NCBI GenBank assembly: GCA_051252375.1
Contig: JBPOFY010000001.1
Span: 480,001-544,000, forward strand
Source of the DNA: Opitutaceae bacterium
GTDB lineage: Bacteria > Verrucomicrobiota > Verrucomicrobiia > Opitutales > Coraliomargaritaceae
Direction of reading: 5' to 3'
DNA: 64,000 nucleotides
Part shown: in pieces, positions 51,731 through 60,800 of the stretch
Numbering within the stretch: position 1 is the first letter of the stretch
How the letters are laid out: each line of letters opens with the position of its first letter
The notes under the pieces: generated by a model
Seen by the model: only the letters and a program-made list of their open reading frames with translations
The model's database searches: none
What the model was told of the DNA's origin: nothing
Made by a program: the position numbers and the translations under genes

Positions 51731-53392
51731 TTAGTCGATCTGGCTAAGCAACTTCAGGATGTTGAGCGAGTGGTCGCCGATGCTTTCGATGTTGTTGAGA
51801 ATATCGATGTAGAGCATCTCTGACTTGATGTTTGTCGGGTCGCTCATGCGGCGGACGGCTTCGCGGCGAAGCTTCTTACGAGAGGCATCAATGGTCTCTT
51901 CAAGCTGCATGGCAATTTCGATATCTGCGTGCGTGACCTTCTTAGTGAGGCATTGGATGTAAAATCCCATGAACTGATCGACGGGGCGGCTGAAGTTGCG
52001 AATCGCCTCTTGAGTGCCTTCGGGGAGCACTCGTTTTTTGCGGAATTTACGCTCCGCGAGTTTAACGAGGTTGAGGGCATTGTCGCAGATTTCCTCCATT
52101 TCAGAAATAACACGCAGCATGACGGTCACTTCGTTGAGGCGCTCGCGACTGAGCTCTGAGGAGGTGCAATAAATAAGATATTGAGTGATATCGAAGGCGA
52201 GGCGGTCGCTGCGCTCTTCCATCGCTTTCAGCTCTTTGATGCGAGCCCCCATGTCTTCGTCAGGGTTCTCATACACTTCATTGAAGCCCTTGAACATCTC
52301 GCGGGTGAGTTCGGCCATACCTCTGATCTCACGCTCTGCTTCGGCGAGATTGATTTCACCTGTTTGTGGGAGATTGGGCGCTTGGTATTGAATGTGTTCG
52401 GTTTGGCCTTCTGGTGTTTCTCTGTCCTTCACCATCTTGGTCGCCAAATAGGCGAGCTGTTTAACGAATGGAACTTGCACGCAGATATTCACGAGATTGA
52501 ACATCGAGTGGAAAAGTGCCAAGTGGTAGAGTGTATGCTCTGGGTCATCGGCCAACCCTGGTGTCAGCTTATCAATGATGCCTGCAAATGGGTAGAACAG
52601 GAAGATCATCCAGAAGACACCCACCATATTAAACAGGAAGTGTGCGCGAGCGGCACGCTTGGCTTCGACGCCACCAGTCATGGCTGCGAGGTTGGCGGTG
52701 ATCGTAGTGCCGACGTTTTCGCCGATGACGATCGCGGCAGCATCTTCATAGCCGATCCAGCCCTTTGCGGCGAGGGTCAGTGTGATTGCACCAGCGACGG
52801 ACGAGGATTGCACGAGGACGGTCAACAGCACACCGAATACGAAGAAAATTGCGACTGAACCCATCCCGTGGCCAGTCCAGTCGGCGAGGAAGGAGAAGAG
52901 CTCTGGGTTCGCTTTAACGTCAGGGACGGAGCCTTTAAGGAAGCTGAGACCAAGAAATAAGATGCCGAAGCCGATAAGCGCTTGTCCGGTATCGCGCACT
53001 TTGGGCGTGCGGAAGAAAATCATCGCGACACCAATACCTACGCAGGGCAGTGCGATCGAGGTCAGGCTGAACTTGAAGCCGAGGAAGGCGACGATCCAGA
53101 AGGTGGTCGTGGTGCCGAGGTTGGCGCCCATGATCATGCCGATCGATTCGCGCAGCGTCAGTAGTTTCGCATTCACGAAGCTCACAATCATCACCGTTGT
53201 GGCACTGGATGACTGCACCAAGGTGGTCATCAGCGTGCCGCTTACGATCCCAGATAGACGATTGCGCGTCATGTTGGATATCAGCGCGCGGAGGCCTTCG
53301 CCGGATACTTTTTGAAGGCCTTCACTCATGACCTTCATTCCGTAGAGGAAGAGGCCAAGGCTGCCGAAGATTGCGAAAAGAGTTGAAAACAT
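51731..53392 (-). CDS. Na+/Pi cotransporter family protein with PhoU-like C-terminus
   Basis: Two QSSS motifs; GANLGTT and GENVGTT. Confidence 0.93.
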   Translation of the reverse strand: MFSTLFAIFGSLGLFLYGMKVMSEGLQKVSGEGLRALISNMTRNRLSGIVSGTLMTTLVQSSSATTVMIVSFVNAKLLTLRESIGMIMGANLGTTTTFWIVAFLGFKFSLTSIALPCVGIGVAMIFFRTPKVRDTGQALIGFGILFLGLSFLKGSVPDVKANPELFSFLADWTGHGMGSVAIFFVFGVLLTVLVQSSSVAGAITLTLAAKGWIGYEDAAAIVIGENVGTTITANLAAMTGGVEAKRAARAHFLFNMVGVFWMIFLFYPFAGIIDKLTPGLADDPEHTLYHLALFHSMFNLVNICVQVPFVKQLAYLATKMVKDRETPEGQTEHIQYQAPNLPQTGEINLAEAEREIRGMAELTREMFKGFNEVYENPDEDMGARIKELKAMEERSDRLAFDITQYLIYCTSSELSRERLNEVTVMLRVISEMEEICDNALNLVKLAERKFRKKRVLPEGTQEAIRNFSRPVDQFMGFYIQCLTKKVTHADIEIAMQLEETIDASRKKLRREAVRRMSDPTNIKSEMLYIDILNNIESIGDHSLNILKLLSQID

Positions 53393-53516
53393 AAGCGTGT
53401 CCTAGGGAGTTAGTCTAGGGTCTGAGCAAATGTTTCAATCGGGTAACGGCAACGATAAAAGCGATTATTCTGGGGAGTGATGCAACTCAAAGCACTTCCC
53501 TTGAGTTCTATAGGTG

Positions 53517-54704
53517 CTAAGCCAAGATGGGCTCAAGCTTTGGTGCATTTGGGTCGAGCTTTGAATGCTCGGTAATGACCAGTGGATAGCGGTATTCCTC
53601 GCCCTGAAAATTGCGCATGATGATGGCCTCGTCGGTCACTTCCTTGATATATTCGGGGTTGATCGGGATCTTGCCACCCCCGCCGGGAGCATCGATGACG
53701 AACTGAGGGATGGCATAACCGGTGGTGTGCCCACGGAGTGCCTGCATGATCTCGATGCCTTTGCGGGGGTCTGCCCGTAAGTGAGCGCTACCGGTGATTA
53801 GGTCGCATTGGTAAAGGTAATAAGGGCGCACACGCATCATGAGGAGGCGGTGGATGAGCGATTTCATGATCTCGGCGTCGTCATTCACGTGCTTGAGGAG
53901 CACCGATTGGTTACCAATCGGCACGCCCGCATAGGCGAGGCGGTCGCAGGCGTCTTTCAGCTCGTGGGTGCACTCGTTCGGGTGGTTGGTATGGATGCTC
54001 AACCAAATAGGACCGTGTTTCTTAAAGATTTCGCAGAGTTCCGGCGTAATACGCTGTGGCAGGAAGACAGGAATGCGCGAGCCGATGCGGATAAACTCGA
54101 CGTGTGGGATCTTGCGCAGCTCGCCGAGCAGGTAATCGAGCTTTTTGTCGGAAAGGAGGAGCGGGTCACCCCCGCTGAGAAGCACGTCGCGTATCTCTGG
54201 ATGGGTGCGGATGTATTCGAGACCGCTCTCGAACTCGGGGTGGAAATTATAGTCCTGCGCGTTGGATACGAGGCGGCTACGTGTGCAATAGCGGCAATAG
54301 GCCGCACAGCGATCAGTCACGAGGAACAGCACGCGGTCCGGATAGCGGTGCACGATACCGTCCACGGGCTTGGTGTTTTCTTCGCCGACCGGGTCCAGCA
54401 TCTCCTCGGGAGCGACGTTCATCTCGCCCGCGCGTGGCACGACTTGGCGGCGAAGCGGGTCATTTGGGTCGTTGAAATCGATTAAATTGAAAAAGTAGGG
54501 CGTGATCGCCAGTGCCAGCTTATCCTTAGCGAACAGGCAACCCGCGCGTTCGTCGGCAGTCAGTGTCAGGTGCTCCTCCAGCTGCTCCAGCTTGGTGATG
54601 CGGTTTTTCAACTGCCATTTCCAGTTATTCCAGTCCTCTGCGGGCACATCGCCCCATGGGCCTTGGCCGCTTTGCCAGTTTTCGAGTGAGTCGTTTGGAT
54701 ACAT
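53517..54704 (-). CDS. KamA-family radical SAM/PLP aminomutase (lysine 2,3-aminomutase-like)
   Basis: WKWQLKNRI, HRYPDRVL, CAAYCRYCTR, SGGDP, NQSVLL, DAPGGGGKIP. Confidence 0.93.
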   Translation of the reverse strand: MYPNDSLENWQSGQGPWGDVPAEDWNNWKWQLKNRITKLEQLEEHLTLTADERAGCLFAKDKLALAITPYFFNLIDFNDPNDPLRRQVVPRAGEMNVAPEEMLDPVGEENTKPVDGIVHRYPDRVLFLVTDRCAAYCRYCTRSRLVSNAQDYNFHPEFESGLEYIRTHPEIRDVLLSGGDPLLLSDKKLDYLLGELRKIPHVEFIRIGSRIPVFLPQRITPELCEIFKKHGPIWLSIHTNHPNECTHELKDACDRLAYAGVPIGNQSVLLKHVNDDAEIMKSLIHRLLMMRVRPYYLYQCDLITGSAHLRADPRKGIEIMQALRGHTTGYAIPQFVIDAPGGGGKIPINPEYIKEVTDEAIIMRNFQGEEYRYPLVITEHSKLDPNAPKLEPILA

Positions 54705-54710
54705 GAAAGT

Positions 54711-54745
54711 GAATTTAGAATTAAGAATGCAGTATTAAGAATTCC
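54711..54745. repeat. Heptamer tandem array (consensus about GAATTAA)
   Basis: gaattta gaattaa gaatgca gtattaa gaattcc. Confidence 0.65.
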
Positions 54746-54763
54746 AGCTTGTTGATTTATTCC

Positions 54764-54787
54764 ATTTATGTATTCATATACTTAAAT
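54764..54787. promoter_or_regulatory. Candidate ArsR operator
   Basis: ATTTATGTAT-N4-ATACTTAAAT (9/10 inverted repeat) immediately before the ArsR start. Confidence 0.55.
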
Positions 54788-55114
54788 ATGTCAATGTCAC
54801 AAGAGCAGATCGATTTGGATACCTTGGCCAAGCAGCTTTGGGCGATTGGCGATCCTGTGCGTTTGCAGATATTGCGTCTATTGCCGACAGAGCCGACTTG
54901 TGAGAATGCCTGCAATGTTTCGAAGATCGCTGAGCGGATCGGTCTTTCGCAGCCGGCCACATCGCACCACCTACGTATTCTTCGCCAAGCGGGTATCGTC
55001 ACCAACGAGAAAAAGTGCCGCGATATGATCTACTGGATCGACTTGGATTCGGTCAGTGGTGTTTCGGCAAGCCTGCAAGAATTGATAGGCGGATCGCATT
55101 CGGCAGAACTCTAG
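54788..55114 (+). CDS. ArsR/SmtB family transcriptional regulator
   Basis: AIGDPVRLQIL, SQPATSHHLRILRQAG. Confidence 0.92.
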   Translation: MSMSQEQIDLDTLAKQLWAIGDPVRLQILRLLPTEPTCENACNVSKIAERIGLSQPATSHHLRILRQAGIVTNEKKCRDMIYWIDLDSVSGVSASLQELIGGSHSAEL

Positions 55115-55148
55115 GAGAAGCCAGTTTTAGGCTCCCTATAGCGTCCAG

Positions 55149-55547
55149 CTAGCCAAGTGCATCTGGCTTTGGAATGTGCCAGGCGCCAACTGCCGCAATA
55201 ACGAAGGAAGCCACCCATAGAAAATATCCGAAGTGCACAGAGTAAAAAGCCGGGAGCAGGCATATCGCGCCCACTCCTGATAGCATAAAGAATATCGCCA
55301 GCGCCCGCTGGTATCGTGGCTTTGTTGTGAACCGCTGGATGAGCCAGAAAATCAATGGAGCCAGGAGGATCGAAATATTCGATGCGTAGAAGGGCCAATA
55401 TACCTGAGCACAGAAATGTCCGGGAATGGGCTTTCCGTCTGGATTCTGCCACGCGCCAAAGTCAGTGACGATTGCCGGAGAGAATAGCGACACCACGAAG
55501 AGTGCCGATGCGACCCATAGAATAATGTAGTGACTTCTTTTATTCAT
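55149..55547 (-). CDS. Small membrane protein (possible cassette gene)
   Basis: 132 aa, about 4 hydrophobic segments, GYFLWVAS. Confidence 0.65.
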   Translation of the reverse strand: MNKRSHYIILWVASALFVVSLFSPAIVTDFGAWQNPDGKPIPGHFCAQVYWPFYASNISILLAPLIFWLIQRFTTKPRYQRALAIFFMLSGVGAICLLPAFYSVHFGYFLWVASFVIAAVGAWHIPKPDALG

Positions 55548-55589
55548 TTGGTCTGCTGTATATTTTGAGCGGTCAGTCTCGCTAATGAT

Positions 55590-55883
55590 TCAATATCTAG
55601 GTGGTTGTTCAGACGCGCTTTGTTCGGGATTTTTAGCTTTGCCCCAGCGCCATTTCGAAGGCTCCCCCTTAATGTAGCAAACACCTATCAAGATTCCCGT
55701 GCAGCCAATAATCACCGCAAGAAAGGGTAGTAAATGTTCATTCGGATTGATGAGAAAGGGTAGGATGGAAATCACCGCAATGAAGACGATTAAAACGCTC
55801 CATCCCTGCCAAGTCGTAGGCAATCCCCAGCCCCAGCCATAGCGCTTTGCAGGAAACCAGTAAGGTTTTGTATTCTTGTTCAT
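55590..55883 (-). CDS. Small membrane protein (cassette gene)
   Basis: WFPAKRYGWGWGLPTTWQGW, two TM helices, GEPSKWRWG. Confidence 0.8.
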   Translation of the reverse strand: MNKNTKPYWFPAKRYGWGWGLPTTWQGWSVLIVFIAVISILPFLINPNEHLLPFLAVIIGCTGILIGVCYIKGEPSKWRWGKAKNPEQSASEQPPRY

Positions 55884-55933
55884 CGAGAGTTGGGGACTTG
55901 TTTTTCGCAGAACGTCCGAGGTGCGGTGCCGTC

Positions 55934-56127
55934 TATTGGCACTACCTTAAGGAGAAATGGATCTATACATGAGCGTATTTGGTAGGGGCGCCTGCCCTCA
56001 GGCGTCCGCGATATTTCCTTCAGCCTCGGACGCCTGAGGGCAGACGTCCCTACCTTTGCCGTTAGTAAATAGTTAGATTTGATTGAATGTATTTCTTTAG
56101 ATTTAGCCTCTTAAGATAGTGTCGCTG
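55934..56127. mobile_element. Degenerate second copy of the IS4-like MITE
   Basis: Left end TATTGGCACTACCTTAAG; right end CTTAAGATAGTGTC; no intact target duplication seen. Confidence 0.65.
55981..56054. repeat. GTAG REP doublet (family A) inside MITE copy 2
   Basis: GGTAGGGGCGCCTGCCCTCAGGCGTCCG...CGGACGCCTGAGGGCAGACGTCCCTACC. Confidence 0.9.
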
Positions 56128-56141
56128 GCTAGTGGCGACCG

Positions 56142-56660
56142 TTATTGCTCAGCGCTCTCTGATTCTTTCTGTAGTCTTTTGATCGCTTCATCGATATCTA
56201 GAGCGAGAACTTGGAATACTCCTTTGGCATCTTGTTCAATCCATTCAACCTTACCGTCAGGGCTGATAGGTCGCATCGCATACTTCCAATGATAACGGTA
56301 ATGCCCCTGCTCAGGATTGAGGAATGCCAAATATCGCTTGGTCTCAATCGGTTCCCAGACGGCAGAGCTCATCGGAATCGTGGAGCCCACAACCGCAATG
56401 GTTCTTTCTTTAGGCGTCGGAGAGTAGTCGGACTTCAGCGTTTGTAGCACCTCAGCCTGCGCAACATAAACGTCCGATGTTTGCCCCTTCCCCGTGGACA
56501 CTTCGACCTTCGTGACCTTTTTCACATCGATCACCGCCACTAGAGCAGCGCCATCAAAAAAGTCCTTCGCGGGCAGGAAAAACGCTTGGCCTCCGAACGC
56601 TGATCCCAAACTGGAAACGAGCAATGATACAGTTAAAACGAAATGTTTGATTGTCTTCAT
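56142..56660 (-). CDS. Exported hypothetical protein (cassette gene)
   Basis: Signal peptide, 172 aa, bounded by attC-like motifs. Confidence 0.75.
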   Translation of the reverse strand: MKTIKHFVLTVSLLVSSLGSAFGGQAFFLPAKDFFDGAALVAVIDVKKVTKVEVSTGKGQTSDVYVAQAEVLQTLKSDYSPTPKERTIAVVGSTIPMSSAVWEPIETKRYLAFLNPEQGHYRYHWKYAMRPISPDGKVEWIEQDAKGVFQVLALDIDEAIKRLQKESESAEQ

Positions 56661-56704
56661 ATCGAGTATGACGCGCGAATGTGGAATTCCTTAGAATTTT
56701 TCGT

Positions 56705-56771
56705 GTCGAACGTCAAAGGTATACATGAGTGAGCGCTAGCGAAAATCATTATATATTCTGCCTAGTTAGGC
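56705..56771 (-). other. Integron attC-like recombination site
   Basis: On minus strand GCCTAAC-N5-imperfect inverted core-N5-GTTCGAC, 67 bp, just after a stop codon. Confidence 0.7.
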
Positions 56772-56777
56772 TTATTT

Positions 56778-57242
56778 TTAGTCACGAGAAAAATGTCCTT
56801 GCACTGCTTGTGCTTCCAACAATTCAGCCTTCGTCGCTGGTGGAAGATCATCGCTAATGTCTAACTCTTCGATGCCGAATTTTTCAGCCGCACAGGATAT
56901 CCAAGATTCCTGCTTCAAATGGCCAGTAATCGCCGGATTCGCATGTGCAATGATCAGACGTCGCTTCTTTCCGTCAATGTCCACGCCTAGTAGAGCGAGC
57001 TTCAACATGTCTTTAGCGATTTTCTTCTTCTGCCCATCCAAAAGCTTACCCTGTCGGGCGAATATTTCGATGAGCACGCTCTTGTCCTCCGTGACTGCGT
57101 CAACCTCAACTTTGACGCCATCCTTTATTTGGATGATGGCGGACGCCAAAGGTCCAATTTTCAATTTCTTTTCTACAGCCGCTCGCATAATGCCCTCTGC
57201 GGTCCGTTGAATACTACTGTCACCACGTGTGTCTTTTTTCAT
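56778..57242 (-). CDS. Hypothetical protein, possibly PD-(D/E)xK nuclease-like (cassette gene)
   Basis: Q..AE, VEVDAV, LIEIFARQG, KIAKDMLKL pattern. Confidence 0.6.
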   Translation of the reverse strand: MKKDTRGDSSIQRTAEGIMRAAVEKKLKIGPLASAIIQIKDGVKVEVDAVTEDKSVLIEIFARQGKLLDGQKKKIAKDMLKLALLGVDIDGKKRRLIIAHANPAITGHLKQESWISCAAEKFGIEELDISDDLPPATKAELLEAQAVQGHFSRD

Positions 57243-57431
57243 ATATTGTTTTTGCCGAACAAATTATTAGGTAATTTGAGATATTCTTCCATGGAGTAAC
57301 AGTCAAACGCTATTGAGCTTGGGAAATGGCAGTTTGCCTAATTACATATCATTCCGCGGATTACGTATGCCTTATTGCTATCTATTTCTCCCTGTATTCT
57401 TTTGATAGCTTTCATTTCTCTATTTCGTGTT

Positions 57432-57803
57432 TCAATCTTCCCAGTCAATTGTTTCAGGATCTTCATAATGCGAATCTTGAATGAACCTGACATTGTTTCG
57501 GGGCAGTTTGAATTGCTCTATTAACGTAGCCCTAAATGACTCATTTTGTATGAGTGCCTCGCTGCTGTAAGCGATAAATTCGGCTCCCTCCGATTGCATG
57601 ACCACTCTTCCTCTTGGAATCTCTTCATACTCGTAAGCTTTGAGCTTAGGGTTCTTAGATTGTAATACTTCCCAATATTCATAATGGGAGATGTCGACAT
57701 CAGCAAAGCCCTCAGTTGATGGTGCCTTTAGGGCAGGTTCTGCGTAAAATAAAAGGTGCCCTTCGTGATACCAGAAAATCCCTATGTGCGCTTCTGTATT
57801 CAT
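57432..57803 (-). CDS. Hypothetical protein (IGIFW...HYEYW...PRGRV...DSHY)
   Basis: 123 aa, AT-rich, start overlaps the upstream gene's stop by 4 nt. Confidence 0.7.
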   Translation of the reverse strand: MNTEAHIGIFWYHEGHLLFYAEPALKAPSTEGFADVDISHYEYWEVLQSKNPKLKAYEYEEIPRGRVVMQSEGAEFIAYSSEALIQNESFRATLIEQFKLPRNNVRFIQDSHYEDPETIDWED

Positions 57804-60800
57804 AGTTTGACCGAAGTGTTTTGGGCTGTGCTGCCACGAGGGAGTTGGATGACGGTATTGTTCTGCCCCTTGTCATTGACTGGTCCGAGGGAGCGGATGG
57901 TGCAACCGGTGACATTCTTTTCTAGGATGATGCGGGCGGGCGTGAAGTTGGTCAGCGTGGAGTTGGTCAGTGGTTGCTTGCCCCCGCAGGTTAGAACATT
58001 GATGCGTTCAGGGAGCGGCTTGGTAGTGCCATCGTGGAGGATGAAGATGCAATCAATGCCTGCGATGTTACCGAGGCCGGAGTTGGGGGTGAACTCAACG
58101 CCATCGGCGGGGCTGAGAATGGTGACTTCGAAGAAGCCGCCCACTGCGGGCTCGGGCCCCGTGCCGAACACTGGATTGTAGGCGACATCAGAATAACAGT
58201 TCTTGACCGTGATTTTGCCCTTATCGCCGGAGGTCACGTCGAACGACTTACTACCCGCTTCGATCATGCGCACATTCTCAAGAGTCATATCGCCGACGCC
58301 GTAGAGCGCGGAGTTGCCGCGGTGACGTTCGACTGTGGTGTTACGGACCACGACGTTTTGAACTTCGTTATAGGTGCGAATGCCATCTTCGGTGAGAGGG
58401 ATGACTTCACCGCGCGGGATGGGGCGCTCGCCTCGATACATGATGTTGTAATTGTGCTCCTTGGCGACGCCGACTCTTTCGTTATAGATGTCGTCGGTGG
58501 GGCGCAGCGCTCCGGTGAAGAAGCAGTCTTCAATGAGCACGCCGTCGACTTTATGGAAGTGGATGCCGTGACCGAAGCCATGGTTGTAGATACTGCAGCC
58601 TCGTAGCGTGGTGCCGTTGACGTCTTCGAGCGACATGAACGAGTGCTTATCCAGATTGGTCCATTTCTCTCGTCCCTTGCCGTAATAGTCGGAGTAGCCA
58701 TAAGGGGTGCAGCCCTTTACATGAAAGGTGCAGTTGAGGAAAGTGTTCCCGTCATTGACGACTTCAAACAAGTTGCCGCCCGAAAAATATTTGGTATATG
58801 GCAGGTCAGTTTCGGTGCGGAAGTAGGCGCCTTCAAAGATGTTGTTGGCTCCGGCGACGCGCCAGTTGTCGGAGACGTGCGCTTTGCGAGAGAGCTTGTT
58901 CTTCAGCGAACTTGGAATCGAGATGACGACATCGCGCAGGTCGAAGTGGTTGTTCGAGCCACTGACGACGAAGACCTGTTGTTGTGTGGTTGTTTGATCG
59001 CCATCTTGCACCGGACGGAGCTTAGTGAAGGTGAAGGGCGGATCTATTTTCTTGGCGAGGTAGTGGCCGGGCTTGAGTCGAATCTTCTGGCCGTCGCGTT
59101 TAATGGCGGCACGAAAGTCGTCGAGATTATCGATCAGCGTGAAGCCATCGCGGACTTCAAAGTTTTCGGAGAATACTGGAAATGGCGGCGCTTCACGGGC
59201 GATCCATTGCATCGGTGGATTTTCCGGGAATTGCAGAGCAGGGTCGACCTTGGTCGCCTGAGAATCAGCGGTCTGAGCCTTGGTGGTTTGAGGCTGGGAA
59301 GTCACGGGCACGCAAGTTCCGTAAAAGGAAATTTCGCCAACGGATCCGGCATTTCGGGTGTGTCCGGTGAGACCCTTCAGCTTGAAGTAGCGTGCTTTCA
59401 CTTTGTCGATCGGGAAGCTTTGCAGATCTTCGGAGTCTTTGAAGGTGCCTTTCAGTATCGGCTGGTCCGAAGCCTTTCCATCGGCGACCAAATACAGCTC
59501 GAAATCCTTGATGCGTGGGTGGGAGGAACCTTGGCGCGGGAGGAATTCAAAGGAGTGGATGATCGAGTCTTGGCCCATGTCGACGGCAAGCTCGTGGGGG
59601 AAGGCTGGTTCGGTTGGCTCAAACTGTGTGTGCCAAAATGTTTGCGGATCGTTATCGATCGCGAGTCTGGCCTCATAGCCGACCGCTTCGCTGTCGAAGG
59701 AGAGCAACTTCCAATCCCTTTTATTGAGCAGCATGGGAATGTTGCAGTCTGCGGGGTCAGGTAGCTCAAGTATGAGTAGTTTCTGAAAGCGCCAGACGCT
59801 CATGGTTTCGTAAACTTTGTCGCTGGCCAGCTTCGAGGTGAAGTCGTTGATGTTGTTGATCGCTTCGGCGTCCATTGCGAGGACCACGTCATCGTCCTGC
59901 AGCTTGACGACGGAGAAGATCCCTTTGGTCAGTCCTTTTTCGATCTTGGCGCCCTTGAAGTCGGGCAAGCCCGCGGCGGATTTCTCGCCGTCGTTCTCGA
60001 TGTTTTTAATGACGCCGCCCATGTAGTCGATGCCTTCGATCACCTCGTCAGCTGTCAGCTCAATTTCGGGGAACTCAGGAATCTTGGCGATCGCCTTGAG
60101 CGATGGCTTTTGCACGCCGAATTGATCCATTGGGAAGTTCTTCCAGCCGATGGCTTCAGCGAGTTCAGTGTTGGTCACGGTGTAATCTCCGTTCGCAGGA
60201 TCGGCAAATCCAGGGTCGCCGTAGACGCTGTTCGCATCGGTGCCATAGGCGTTTTGGATTTTCTGCAAAGAGTCCTTTTGGAAGAATAGGTTTTGGTCCA
60301 GCAATTTGCCCCATTCCCGCATGCCGATGGGGATATAGCCGTGGGTGGAAATGTTGTTGGTCACGACATCGCCACTGTTCTTGAGCCACACGTGGAGGTT
60401 CATCGAGTTGTTGATGTTGATGTTGTTATAGACCGTGCGCAGCATGCCATCGCGCAGCTTAATGCCACCGCTCAGGCAGACGTTGTTGTAGACTTCATAC
60501 CAAGCAGAACCGTCGTCTAGGTCGATGTCCCAACCATGATCACAACGCCAGCGGTTGTTGCGGATGATGATCTTGTCGAGCATATCGAGCTTCACCAGAT
60601 CGTAGCCATGGATGGCGACTCGGTCGCCTGCGGCACCACGGTTCTTTGTGTAGTAGCGGTCGCGTCCCCAGCTGTTAAATGCGCCGTGGTCGTGGGTTTC
60701 CTGCACGGTTAAGAAAACGTCGTTGTATTCGAGAATGTGTCCGCCCCATTTGCCCTCGCTGATGTTGATGCCAGCTCGTGGCACATCGTAGATACTGTTT

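Noticed and set aside
58643..59764. 373-aa plus-strand ORF and similar long antisense ORFs
   Set aside because: Shadow frames of well-supported genes on the opposite strand.
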